DNA of 64,000 bases from a virus. Position 1 is the first letter of the stretch, and each line of letters starts with the position of its first letter. The position numbers and the translations under genes are program-made. The notes beneath the pieces were generated by a model. It saw only the letters and a list, made by a program, of their open reading frames with translations, had not been told where the DNA came from and ran no database searches. Below, piece by piece: positions 21,258-30,760 of the stretch. The stretch is from the IMG/VR virus record IMGVR_UViG_3300026488_000012, positions 32,001 to 96,000 of that record, one strand, 5' to 3'.

Positions 21258-22012
21258 GTTCAAATAACAATTACTTAGTTAGGATAAAGAAAGTAAATGA
21301 AGATAGATCTGATAATGATTTAGCCATAAGGTTCTATCCAACCAACAGTTTACCATTTATAGTAATAGAAGACAGTATGTTGGAAGAACTTGGTTTTGAA
21401 GAGTCAAATAGTATCAATACTAACTTTGGTAAAGAACTATATAAGCAATCAGAAGACGAAGATGGATACATTAACATAATTAACGTTATTTTAAATAGAT
21501 ATGGGTATAGTTTAAGATTAATTTATGATTCAGATGTAGGTAAATTATTTTTTACTTATAACCTAGACTACATACCTCTAATAAACACTGTAAGAAGATC
21601 TGAAATTATACCTAAATATATGTTAGGAGGATTGAAAGACAATAGAAGACTTAATATAGATAATCAGATACTAGACCATAGTCTAACAACATCTTCTGAT
21701 AGATATGACGATATAACATATCCTGAACCGGATACTAACAGTAGTAACTTTAAATTATATAGTCTAAACCTTAGAGGAATTATGAATCCTATTAAAACAA
21801 GAAAAAGAATATCTGACAATAGGACTGGAGAAACAAATTACTACGAAACTAACGAGATTTATTTTCTACAAATAGATAAGAAGAAAGTATTAGGCGATGA
21901 TACTTCTCCTTATATTTATTCAATACTACCTGTAAGTGGTAACAAGTTTAGTTTAAACTACATAGGCAGAGTCTCTGATATAGACTACTTGTATATACCT
22001 ATCATACTCTAG
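21254..22012 (+). CDS. Hypothetical protein
   Basis: 252-aa ORF with SD aaggagga and a 4-bp overlap with the upstream ORF. Stop codon lies in a palindromic hairpin. Confidence 0.75.
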   Translation: MSSNNNYLVRIKKVNEDRSDNDLAIRFYPTNSLPFIVIEDSMLEELGFEESNSINTNFGKELYKQSEDEDGYINIINVILNRYGYSLRLIYDSDVGKLFFTYNLDYIPLINTVRRSEIIPKYMLGGLKDNRRLNIDNQILDHSLTTSSDRYDDITYPEPDTNSSNFKLYSLNLRGIMNPIKTRKRISDNRTGETNYYETNEIYFLQIDKKKVLGDDTSPYIYSILPVSGNKFSLNYIGRVSDIDYLYIPIIL

Positions 22013-22031
22013 AGGTTAACCTCTAGAGTAT
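22004..22031 (+). terminator. Perfect 28-bp palindrome at a gene end
   Basis: atactctagaggtt|aacctctagagtat. Confidence 0.7.
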
Positions 22032-22055
22032 AATTTATTTAAACAAGGAGTAACA

Positions 22056-22739
22056 ATGGGTAAAGAACACTATAAAAATAGAAAAAAAGTAGAGGAATTT
22101 ATACTTAAACATATAAGAGAACTCACTGACAAGGATAACGAAGAACTTTATAAGCAAATGTTTAAGAAAATGAGTAACGAAGAATTCGATAAACTAATGG
22201 AGGACTTTAAAAATGAAAGAAAACTGTTACAGGTTATTATACCACCTGAAAAAGCTAAAAATTACACCATACCAAAAATAACTAAATATGGAGAGAAGTT
22301 AGGTATTAAATTCTTTCAGAGATTAGAGTATGAAATAGATGGTAAAAGAGTAATGACTCCTGAAAAATATGAAGTTCTAGATTTACCATTAAGAAGATTA
22401 AGACAAACAATTGAGAAGAAAATAAGTGTTGCGACTGATATCAGAAAAATAGATATGTTAACAGGACAGGTAACAGGCGATAGTCAAGCTTCCAAAGTAA
22501 CACTACCTGAGATACAATTGTTAATAGGTATGGGAGTTAAGGATACACTCGTAGAGTTCTTAAAATTTAGAGGAGGGGATTTAGGAGGTATGAGAGCGTT
22601 AAACAGTTCTTTGTTCCATTATGGCAAGGTCAGTATGAATGTATTAAAAGACTATGCTGAAGGTGTTATAAGTACTAAAACATTAAAAGCATATTTTAAC
22701 GCTATGCACTTTAAAGTAAATGAAAAGAACCAACTCTAA
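22056..22739 (+). CDS. rpoB: Virion RNA polymerase beta subunit, C-terminal part (phiKZ gp149-like)
   Basis: RKKVEEFIL, DLPLRRLRQTIEKK, DMLTGQVTGDS, PEIQLL and FRGGD motifs, 227 aa. Confidence 0.88.
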   Translation: MGKEHYKNRKKVEEFILKHIRELTDKDNEELYKQMFKKMSNEEFDKLMEDFKNERKLLQVIIPPEKAKNYTIPKITKYGEKLGIKFFQRLEYEIDGKRVMTPEKYEVLDLPLRRLRQTIEKKISVATDIRKIDMLTGQVTGDSQASKVTLPEIQLLIGMGVKDTLVEFLKFRGGDLGGMRALNSSLFHYGKVSMNVLKDYAEGVISTKTLKAYFNAMHFKVNEKNQL

Positions 22740-22764
22740 CGGGTGCTATAACCCGTTAGAGTTG
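22731..22764. terminator. Bidirectional terminator between convergent genes
   Basis: caactctaacgggt / acccgttagagttg (14 bp). Confidence 0.75.
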
Positions 22765-22768
22765 ATAT

Positions 22769-25700
22769 TTAAGTTTGTATATGTATTATAGGTATATCAT
22801 TTACCTCATCATCTGGATTAACATGTATGGTAGGTGTATCTATATTATCGGCGATAGGCATATTTGTAGTTTTATCTTGGACTATATCTTCATTAGGATC
22901 GTACCCGGAGGCATCTGGTTTATGGTTCTCTGGAATGACCTCAGTATTACCAGATTGATAAGTATCTGTTATTTCATTATTCTTAGTTATATGTAACTTC
23001 TCAGGTGGTATAGTTTTTATATCTATGTCTTTATTCGTTTGTGAAATATCCATATTAACATTACCAGGGTAGATGATGTCTGGTGTCAGATGTTTTAGAC
23101 TTCTATTGTCGTTGTAACCTATATAGAGTTCGGATACTTCATCTACTTCACCTATGATTAATCTCTTAGGTAATTCATATCCAATATTTGATAAATTATC
23201 TATTACTATATCATCGTTAGGATCATAACCAGAAGCTGAAGGACTATATCCTGCTGGTAGTATATCATCTGTTACCTGTTTCTCTATATATGTTGTTATA
23301 TTGTCATTATCAGAAACTATATTAAGAGTTTCTGGTTTAACTCTTGTAATAGTTCTATCTATACCGTCCTGTACATCTATTTTAGGACTGTCTTTTACTA
23401 TACCAGGTTTATACGGACTAGGAGGATTAATACCCTTATTTAGATATATGTTTGTAGATAGGTATTCATCTGTGGAATCTATTTTTAATTTTCTAAATTC
23501 AGTAACATCAACTTGTCTTGTAGATTCGTTTTCATTTATTGTATCTCCGTAGTTAGTTACCAAGTTAGTTTCAGGAGAAAATATCTTAGGTAATCTATAA
23601 TAACTACTATATTCTGTTACTACTGATTCAGTTAGTTCATTAAGTTGTAATAATTTAGGTATAACTGGTCTTGTTTCAGAATAGACTTTATCGGATTTTA
23701 TATGTTCACCTATCTCTTCATCAGTAATATAAATAGGTGGTTTATATAGACTCGTAATATATCCTGTAGTTAAAGGTGAATATACGTCCAAGTCGCCGTT
23801 ATCGGCTTTATAAACTGTAGAGTCTGATTTAGATAGAACTCCTGTAGTTATCTCATCACCTGTGCTTCTTATAGTAACAGGTCTTTCTAATATCTTTTTA
23901 GTATTATCAACTTCGTATTCATCTATATCGTATTTAGGTATATAAGTAGTCTTGTTGAATATAGGTTTATAAAAGTCAGGTAACCTATTTCCGAAATTAG
24001 TAAAACAGATGCCCGTATCTATCATATTTCTACCCTGTATATTCTGTAACTTTAAACGATAATTACCATAGATACTGAAAGTATACAGACTGTTTTTACT
24101 TATTACTTTATCAGATATTTTAATAAACCTATTATAAAGACGTTTATCAACTTTATCGTATAACCTTATATCTGAATCCATAACCGATGCAAAACAACTC
24201 ATACCCGTACTTGGTTTCAGAGTCTGATATTCTCCTGTTATCGTATATGGTATTTTATTGTCTAGTAATATCTGAACTGTATATCCATTTGTCTTTTTAA
24301 AAATATTGATTAATTGTGCAATCTTACTATTAAATAAATCGAAGTCGTATATGTTACGACCTATTATAGTTTCTATCAGTTTCTTAAACGTATATTTATA
24401 ATAAGGTTCTGCTATATCCATATTAGGAAAATTCACTAATTTTTCTAAATCTGATAATTTTAATCCATTTACTAAATCAACATTACCAGATATAAAAAAT
24501 GAGTTAAACAGATACATTAAGTCCATACTGTATAGTACATCGTTAACATTAGACAGGTAAAACCAGAATTTATCCATGACTTTAAAACTTATATCGAAAT
24601 ACTTATTAAATCTTTCTAAAGTTGTTATATCCTTAGGTAAGTTTTTAAAATCATTAGTTATTTCGTTTACTATATCTTTTAGACTGTTACCTGTAAACGG
24701 TAACGGTTCAAATTCGTAGTTTTTAGCCTTTTTAACATCTAGGATGTTTGTATAATATAGATTTCCTATGGTTGGATTAGTTTCTTTATTATAGTAGATA
24801 TTAAACATAAGTTTCAGAAGTAATGCAAACACTTGTCTACTATTTAAGTTGTAAACTATACCATCAGATGGATTATGGAACATTAAATAAGAACCATTTG
24901 AATCATTGTTTATTTCATATATTAGAGAATTTATAAAATAAGTGAACTTATTGACATCATCAGTTATAAGAAGTATAAGTTTATCAATCTCTAATACTTT
25001 CGATGTTTCCTGTGTAGGGATACTGAATCTGAATTTCTCGTCAGCTTCCATAGATATGGAGGTTACCTTATTATAATCATTAAGGTATCCCTGTGAATAT
25101 TCCTTTTCTAAGATATCTTCAAATGTCTCTTTACGCGCAAGACTGATACTATACTTATCGTTAGCCTTGACTCTCTCTATAAGTGTTTTCCTATCATACG
25201 AGATATATGTATTACTATTATACTCTACTGTTGTAGCTATAGGTCTCGATTTAACAACTAACGTCTTACCTATACCTAACCCAGTATCGTTAAATACTTT
25301 ATCCAGTAACATATCTAATACCTCGTTTTTACCTATATTAGTTTTAATATAAGATAAAGCACCGTATAACCAAGTTAACGTCTTCCTATCCAGTACAGTT
25401 ATATCCTCATCCATAAATTTATAACTTCTAAAGTACTGTAATATGTGAAAATCATCTGCGTTAGAAGTTAAAACATATTTAAGTTTTTCGGTAAGTATAA
25501 CAGCTGGTAATACCGAATAAAGATTAGATACTAAACCGGCTGGATATAGTTCATCTATAACATATTTATCATTATCGTATCTTTTTAAGAAATCATATAT
25601 AAAGTTTTGAACATTATGCATTACTAACTTATTATCACTATTAAATAACTCGTTATTATACCATAATATTTCTCCGTTGTTACTCTCTATTATTTTATCT

Positions 25701-26095
25701 ATAGTAAAACCACCAGCTATACAACCCTTTATATATGTTATATGTTCAGGATACTTAGAGACAAGATTATCGTAAAAATTACCAAATGTTTTAAGTTCCT
25801 TAGCTAGAATTTCATACTCATTAACTAAATCGGGGGTAAGTATCATCTCTTTTTGTATGTCTGGTACATAAACCATAACAGGTACATCCCTATCGTAGTG
25901 AATACCAGCTAAATTTAAACAATAACGATTACCATAACAATCTAAGACATTCTCTCTAAATAACTTCCATTGTACGATTCTACTAAGAGTAGCTAACGTA
26001 TCAAGTTTGATATGTATAGACTTAGATATTCGAATAGAACGTTTAATATATTCAGTCAGACTCATTTTTTCTAATTTAACAGAATTATCAATCAT
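22769..26095 (-). CDS. Large virion structural protein (phiKZ gp128-like, probably baseplate) with a repetitive C-terminal extension
   Basis: N-terminal YCLNLAG.HY..D..., LV.KYPE...YIKG, LYPAG and NIGKNEVL.ML motifs. Divergent from the portal gene, as in phiKZ-like phages. Confidence 0.72.
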   Translation of the reverse strand: MIDNSVKLEKMSLTEYIKRSIRISKSIHIKLDTLATLSRIVQWKLFRENVLDCYGNRYCLNLAGIHYDRDVPVMVYVPDIQKEMILTPDLVNEYEILAKELKTFGNFYDNLVSKYPEHITYIKGCIAGGFTIDKIIESNNGEILWYNNELFNSDNKLVMHNVQNFIYDFLKRYDNDKYVIDELYPAGLVSNLYSVLPAVILTEKLKYVLTSNADDFHILQYFRSYKFMDEDITVLDRKTLTWLYGALSYIKTNIGKNEVLDMLLDKVFNDTGLGIGKTLVVKSRPIATTVEYNSNTYISYDRKTLIERVKANDKYSISLARKETFEDILEKEYSQGYLNDYNKVTSISMEADEKFRFSIPTQETSKVLEIDKLILLITDDVNKFTYFINSLIYEINNDSNGSYLMFHNPSDGIVYNLNSRQVFALLLKLMFNIYYNKETNPTIGNLYYTNILDVKKAKNYEFEPLPFTGNSLKDIVNEITNDFKNLPKDITTLERFNKYFDISFKVMDKFWFYLSNVNDVLYSMDLMYLFNSFFISGNVDLVNGLKLSDLEKLVNFPNMDIAEPYYKYTFKKLIETIIGRNIYDFDLFNSKIAQLINIFKKTNGYTVQILLDNKIPYTITGEYQTLKPSTGMSCFASVMDSDIRLYDKVDKRLYNRFIKISDKVISKNSLYTFSIYGNYRLKLQNIQGRNMIDTGICFTNFGNRLPDFYKPIFNKTTYIPKYDIDEYEVDNTKKILERPVTIRSTGDEITTGVLSKSDSTVYKADNGDLDVYSPLTTGYITSLYKPPIYITDEEIGEHIKSDKVYSETRPVIPKLLQLNELTESVVTEYSSYYRLPKIFSPETNLVTNYGDTINENESTRQVDVTEFRKLKIDSTDEYLSTNIYLNKGINPPSPYKPGIVKDSPKIDVQDGIDRTITRVKPETLNIVSDNDNITTYIEKQVTDDILPAGYSPSASGYDPNDDIVIDNLSNIGYELPKRLIIGEVDEVSELYIGYNDNRSLKHLTPDIIYPGNVNMDISQTNKDIDIKTIPPEKLHITKNNEITDTYQSGNTEVIPENHKPDASGYDPNEDIVQDKTTNMPIADNIDTPTIHVNPDDEVNDIPIIHIQT

Positions 26096-26175
26096 AACTA
26101 GTCCTTATACGTTAATTTCAAGCTAAACCATTACCTGATTAACCGGAATTAATTTATATAGAAAGGAGAATAAAA

Positions 26176-28713
26176 ATGGGTAAAAAATTAGTACCTGAAC
26201 ATATAGACGCTAAGAAAATATTGAGAGAACTCGATAAAAAAGAACCTATAAACGTAGACATAAGTGAGTTATATAGAATAGTATCAGATACTGAAGAAAA
26301 ACTAAATCTAAACGAAGATATATTTAATCTATTCCCTAACATAAGTTTAGCTATAGAAATTATGACAAGTAGTATAGTTTCTGCAAACACTATGATAGAT
26401 AGTGATTATAGTCTTACTCTTAAAACTAAAATACTACCTAATGAAGTTGTGAATAGCATTATGTCTTCTATTAAAGAACACGTGGATACACATTACAAGT
26501 TTAAGGATAAACTATACACTATAACAGAGGAGAGTATATTTACAAAAGGAGCATATATAGAATTGATTTTGCCTCCGGACATACTTGTAGATATACATAA
26601 GAAACTGACAAGAATGGAAAGAAAATTATCAGCTGGTGTTGAAGACGCGCTCTCATACTTCGATAATAAAGTAAGTAGTAAACTTATTGACTTTAGAAAG
26701 GCTAATAAAATAAGCACTGATTCTGAAAAAGAGTTAAAAGCATTAGGCCTTAATCCTGGATTATTAGACATTACTGAAAATTATGCATTATTAAACTCCG
26801 AGAAAGTCATTGAAGATTTTGTAAACTATAAAGATAAGAGTCTGAATAGATTATCAGAAGGATTAGAGGACTTTAAAATAATAGACCAGATGTTAACTAT
26901 AGACGAATACATAGAATTAGAAAATGAATACAGTAAAGCATTTGTTAAGAAATTAAATCCTAGTAATGTAATTCCTATAGCAGACATAGATGACCCATCT
27001 AAACACTATGGATATTTCTTAATCCTGAATTCAAATGGTAAACCTATAAACATAGACGACGAGAAGAGTTATGAAGATAAATTAAAAGAAATGTTCAGTA
27101 TAACTACGGAAAGTAGTACTAAAACTCCTGGTAGTAATATAATCAGTGAAGCTAAAAGGAATATATCTAGTAAAACTAAAAACACACCAGCTTTAAGCGG
27201 TGCTGTAAACATAATAAACAGATTATTAAGAGAGAAGATAGATAACGCTATTAAGCATAGTGTATTTAAAGATATGGTTAAATTTGATTTAGAACTAAAA
27301 GACGATATACTAATGGCTATATATGAAAAAATGAAAAGAGGAGATAAAGTTAAAATAGTGTTTGTTCCTAAGAGGTATATACAATATACAGCAGTAGACT
27401 ATAGAAGTAATGGTACAGGTAAATCAGTTATGGAGGATTTATCAGTATTAGCTAGTTTAAAAGCGATGTTGTTTCTAACAAGATTATCAGGGATGATAAA
27501 ATCGCATATAACTATCACAGAAGTTGATATAGAGTTAGACGAAGATGATCCTAACTATGAATTTACATTAAAGAAAATAATTAATCAGATAAAGAGAAGC
27601 AGACAAATGCAGCTACCTATAGGTATGCTAAAATTAGATAGTATGGTAGACTGGTTACATAATGTAGGATTTAAGTTTAATCCTAAACACCCCGGATTAG
27701 CAGATATAAAAGTAGAAATAAATGAGAAAAGATACGATCCTCCTAGCGATGATAATGGATTAGAAGAACTACTTGATAAATATATGATATTAAGATTAGG
27801 ATTAACGCCAGAGATAATTGATAACAGTTACAGTCCTGACTTTGCTACTACTATAGTAGCTAATAACTTACTACTGAATAGAAGAGTCTTAAAAAGACAG
27901 AATCAATTATCTCCACATCTAACAAACAATATAGTTAAATACGTAGAAAATGACCCTATCCTATATAACAAGATATTGTCTATACTAGAGTCTAACCTAC
28001 CTGAAATCAAAAAGAAATTAAAGAAAACTATTACAAACACTGAACTATCTAAAAAGATTTTACGTCTGAATAAGAAGTCACTGGTTAACTGGCTGTTTCA
28101 TACAGTTCTTAAAAATTTAGACTGTAGATTACCAAAACCTGAATTTAAAGACGAAGATATTCAAGGAGATATGTTCGAAGAATATGTAAGTAGGTTGGAT
28201 AAATTGTTAGATAACTTCTTAAACACAGATTTATTCACAGATGACTTAATAGGAGAGTTAGGAGAGAAAATAGAAAATCAAAAAGCAGTAATTAAAACTA
28301 TACTTCTTTATAAATGGTTAAGCGAGAATAGACCTATACCAGAACTTAACGATATGCTAAGCCTCGATGAAGATGGTAAACCTGTTTTAAAACTTAGTGA
28401 TGAGTATAAGAACTTAGTGGAAGTATTGAAAGAGAATATACTAGACCTATTAAAAGAGATGAATAAATTTAGAAAGAAAACAGATGAGAAAATAGAAAAA
28501 CTAGATGAAGAGTCGGATGAATATACAGATGAAGAAGACAACGGAGAGGAAAGTAATATAGAGGAACCGATAGGAGAAAACGAAAATAATGAAGAAGGAA
28601 ATAATGAAGAAGAAGGCGATGAAACAGGAGGAAGTGAAGAAGGTGAATCCGAAGAAGACGAGTCTGAAGAAGGTGAAAACCCTGAGGATGATTTAACAAA
28701 AGGATTATTTTAA
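26176..28713 (+). CDS. Portal protein (phiKZ gp129-like)
   Basis: 845 aa with LFPNISLAIEIMTSSIVS, IFTKGAY, HYGYFLILN.NG.PI, GTGKS.ME and LGLTPEIID...PDFATTIVANN.L motifs, plus an acidic tail. Confidence 0.85.
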   Translation: MGKKLVPEHIDAKKILRELDKKEPINVDISELYRIVSDTEEKLNLNEDIFNLFPNISLAIEIMTSSIVSANTMIDSDYSLTLKTKILPNEVVNSIMSSIKEHVDTHYKFKDKLYTITEESIFTKGAYIELILPPDILVDIHKKLTRMERKLSAGVEDALSYFDNKVSSKLIDFRKANKISTDSEKELKALGLNPGLLDITENYALLNSEKVIEDFVNYKDKSLNRLSEGLEDFKIIDQMLTIDEYIELENEYSKAFVKKLNPSNVIPIADIDDPSKHYGYFLILNSNGKPINIDDEKSYEDKLKEMFSITTESSTKTPGSNIISEAKRNISSKTKNTPALSGAVNIINRLLREKIDNAIKHSVFKDMVKFDLELKDDILMAIYEKMKRGDKVKIVFVPKRYIQYTAVDYRSNGTGKSVMEDLSVLASLKAMLFLTRLSGMIKSHITITEVDIELDEDDPNYEFTLKKIINQIKRSRQMQLPIGMLKLDSMVDWLHNVGFKFNPKHPGLADIKVEINEKRYDPPSDDNGLEELLDKYMILRLGLTPEIIDNSYSPDFATTIVANNLLLNRRVLKRQNQLSPHLTNNIVKYVENDPILYNKILSILESNLPEIKKKLKKTITNTELSKKILRLNKKSLVNWLFHTVLKNLDCRLPKPEFKDEDIQGDMFEEYVSRLDKLLDNFLNTDLFTDDLIGELGEKIENQKAVIKTILLYKWLSENRPIPELNDMLSLDEDGKPVLKLSDEYKNLVEVLKENILDLLKEMNKFRKKTDEKIEKLDEESDEYTDEEDNGEESNIEEPIGENENNEEGNNEEEGDETGGSEEGESEEDESEEGENPEDDLTKGLF

Positions 28714-28714
28714 T

Positions 28715-28752
28715 ATATCTTACGGGTCGATGCCCGTAAGATATTTAATTTT
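28715..28752 (+). terminator. Terminator after portal
   Basis: atatcttacggg / cccgtaagatat. Confidence 0.75.
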
Positions 28753-28787
28753 CAAGTTTATATATTATTATCTTACTAAATTGCAAT
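28752..28787 (+). promoter_or_regulatory. Putative early (vRNAP) promoter
   Basis: tcaag-N12-tatcttactaaattgcaat. Confidence 0.75.
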
Positions 28788-28842
28788 AAAGCAGCGGGTA
28801 TAGACCCGGTAAAGAATTTAAATTTATTAAAAGGAGTAAACG

Positions 28843-29085
28843 ATGGTTAGTGCATATGTAGAACAATACACAATCGGAAAAAGAGGTTTAATGTTGATTT
28901 CTATGGATGGCGATATTATCATTTTCCATAGAGAGACTATCTCAAACTTGAAAATATACAAAACAGAAGAAGGTTTAGTATTCGAAATTAAAGATACAGT
29001 TGGAGATACATATAAGTTTGTTCTAGCTGACGGTGAACTTAACAATTCAGATGTTAAACTATTAAAAGAACTTTTAGTTCTTTAA
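28843..29085 (+). CDS. Small hypothetical early protein
   Basis: 80 aa, SD aaggag, downstream of the early-promoter motif at 28769. Confidence 0.75.
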   Translation: MVSAYVEQYTIGKRGLMLISMDGDIIIFHRETISNLKIYKTEEGLVFEIKDTVGDTYKFVLADGELNNSDVKLLKELLVL

Positions 29086-29105
29086 CAAATAAAAAGGAGT
29101 AAAAA

Positions 29106-29771
29106 ATGAGCCCATATGGAAATAATAGTTTTGGAAATTTCACTAGACAACCTAACCAACAGCAGCAGTACCAAGGTCAACAACAAGGATTCCAGCAACA
29201 AGGATTCCAACAACAAGGATTTCAAAATTCTGGTTATCAACAACCACAATATAACCAAGTAAACCAGGGTGGAACTTTCGGTAATCAACAATTAACGCCA
29301 CAGCAAATGGCTATGTTGCAGCAACAGCTATTATTACAGCAAATGATGCAACAACAGGCTGCTATGAATACCCAGCCTATGACTAACATGGGGATGCAAA
29401 ACACAATGATGAATAACCCTATGACAAATAGTAGTGTAATGAATAACGCCATGGGTACAATGATGAACAACATGGTAAACCCTGGATTTAATAGCGTTAC
29501 GACGAACTCTACGAGTAGCATAGGTAGAAGAACATCGGGGTTTGCTAAACCGACTCAACAGCAAACTCAACAATCTACAAGTAGTTTCAATAACAAATTC
29601 AATTATAAAAAACAAGAAGAAAAATCTAAAGAAGAGCCTTTAGACTTTTCTAAGATGTCTCCTGAAGATGGACACGAATTTCCACCATACTACGACCCTG
29701 ATACACAAGTATTAAGGATAGTGGCTACTAGCAAAACTACATACAAATATGAAATAATAAACAAGAATTAG
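29106..29771 (+). CDS. Q/N/M/G-rich low-complexity (prion-like) protein
   Basis: 221 aa with SD aaggag. QQGFQ repeats, a poly-Q tract and an M/N-rich segment precede a short folded-looking C-terminus. Confidence 0.85.
   Translation: MSPYGNNSFGNFTRQPNQQQQYQGQQQGFQQQGFQQQGFQNSGYQQPQYNQVNQGGTFGNQQLTPQQMAMLQQQLLLQQMMQQQAAMNTQPMTNMGMQNTMMNNPMTNSSVMNNAMGTMMNNMVNPGFNSVTTNSTSSIGRRTSGFAKPTQQQTQQSTSSFNNKFNYKKQEEKSKEEPLDFSKMSPEDGHEFPPYYDPDTQVLRIVATSKTTYKYEIINKN
29181..29225 (+). repeat. Three tandem 15-bp repeats encoding QQGFQ
   Basis: caacaaggattccag caacaaggattccaa caacaaggatttcaa. Confidence 0.95.
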
Positions 29772-29780
29772 GAGGTAAAT

Positions 29781-30515
29781 ATGAGTACTAAAACAAATGG
29801 AAAAAGAAAAGTAGAGTTGGATAACATTGTAGAAGATGAAATTCTAATAATAGAAGACCCTATAACAGAGCCTAATGCGTTAAAGGCTCTTGTTGACAAT
29901 TTAGATAAACCTTATATAACACATACTGTAAGGTTTGATGATGGAAAACAAATATCTAATAAAGATATAGTATTAATGAATGATATATTAAACACTAAAA
30001 TTACAGTAGATTCCAAAACCAAGAACATTATAGATAGTATACTAACTATGATAGTCAATAGGGAATTAAAGATGTCCACTAATGTCATAAGTATTGATTC
30101 CGTGGATAACGACTTAAAAGATTTGAGACACATAGAGGATGCCTTGTTGATGATGGGAATTAACAAATCTGTTAATTATCTACAACATTTATTAAAAATA
30201 AACGTAGATATCAAATTCAAACATACAGTAACTATCGTAGAAGAGGTTAATATTATCAGAACAGGAGTTAAAATAAAGATACCTCCTGAGTTAATAAATA
30301 CGCCTATGGATATAACGAGACATAGGATAATGATCGATTTGTTAAATGACTTAGGTATAGAAAATGACGATGAAATTCCATTAGTTAAAGATAAGTTAAA
30401 CTTGCTAATGGATGGAAATATGAACCTATTTATAATTAGTAGGAATATGCATAAAAGGATAGTAATTAAATTGTTTACCATTAGTGATTGTTATGTTGGT
30501 AAAATTATACAATAA
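29781..30515 (+). CDS. Hypothetical protein
   Basis: 244 aa, SD ggaggt, co-transcribed with the Q-rich ORF. Confidence 0.8.
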   Translation: MSTKTNGKRKVELDNIVEDEILIIEDPITEPNALKALVDNLDKPYITHTVRFDDGKQISNKDIVLMNDILNTKITVDSKTKNIIDSILTMIVNRELKMSTNVISIDSVDNDLKDLRHIEDALLMMGINKSVNYLQHLLKINVDIKFKHTVTIVEEVNIIRTGVKIKIPPELINTPMDITRHRIMIDLLNDLGIENDDEIPLVKDKLNLLMDGNMNLFIISRNMHKRIVIKLFTISDCYVGKIIQ

Positions 30516-30555
30516 GACATAACCCGGGTATACGGGTTATGTCTTTTATTTTTTA
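30514..30555 (+). terminator. Rho-independent terminator
   Basis: aagacataacccg / cgggttatgtctt plus T run. Confidence 0.8.
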
Positions 30556-30574
30556 TATTTGTAATTTTTGAAAT

Positions 30575-30610
30575 TAAAAGAAAAATGACTATATATCGCT
30601 AAGATGTAAT
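30575..30610 (+). promoter_or_regulatory. Putative early (vRNAP) promoter driving the structured RNA and MYG1 gene
   Basis: taaaa-N12-tatatcgctaagatgtaat (more divergent copy). Confidence 0.55.
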
Positions 30611-30614
30611 AAAA

Positions 30615-30743
30615 CCGCAAGTCCTATCTGTCTAGTACTTATCTCCTGGTGTGGAAGGGGGAAGACACGACTAACCCCGTTGTCATATAGGGGGTCAGAA
30701 GTCTTCCCTGACGAAGGAGATTTAAGGAACGACAGATAGGCGG
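30615..30743 (+). ncRNA. Putative structured RNA (5' leader or sRNA) upstream of the MYG1-family gene
   Basis: Nested pairings: 30623-32/30731-40 (10 bp perfect), 30642-47/30715-20, 30659-66/30701-08 (8 bp perfect), 30669-78/30690-96. Hand count gives 65/130 GC over 30621-30750. Confidence 0.6.
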
Positions 30744-30760
30744 GCTACAAGGAGTCAGAA

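Noticed and set aside
28490-28700. Glu/Asp-rich tail of the portal as a novel feature
   Set aside because: Acidic disordered C-termini are common in phiKZ-like portal proteins; purine-rich low complexity only.
29181-29225. Short direct repeats as a possible CRISPR array
   Set aside because: 15-bp tandem in-frame coding repeats without spacers; no cas genes.
30615-30743. Structured leader as tRNA, SRP RNA, 6S RNA or T-box
   Set aside because: No cloverleaf, TTC T-loop or CCA; no SRP domain IV GGAA/CAGG motif; shorter than 6S; no T-box UGGNACC consensus.
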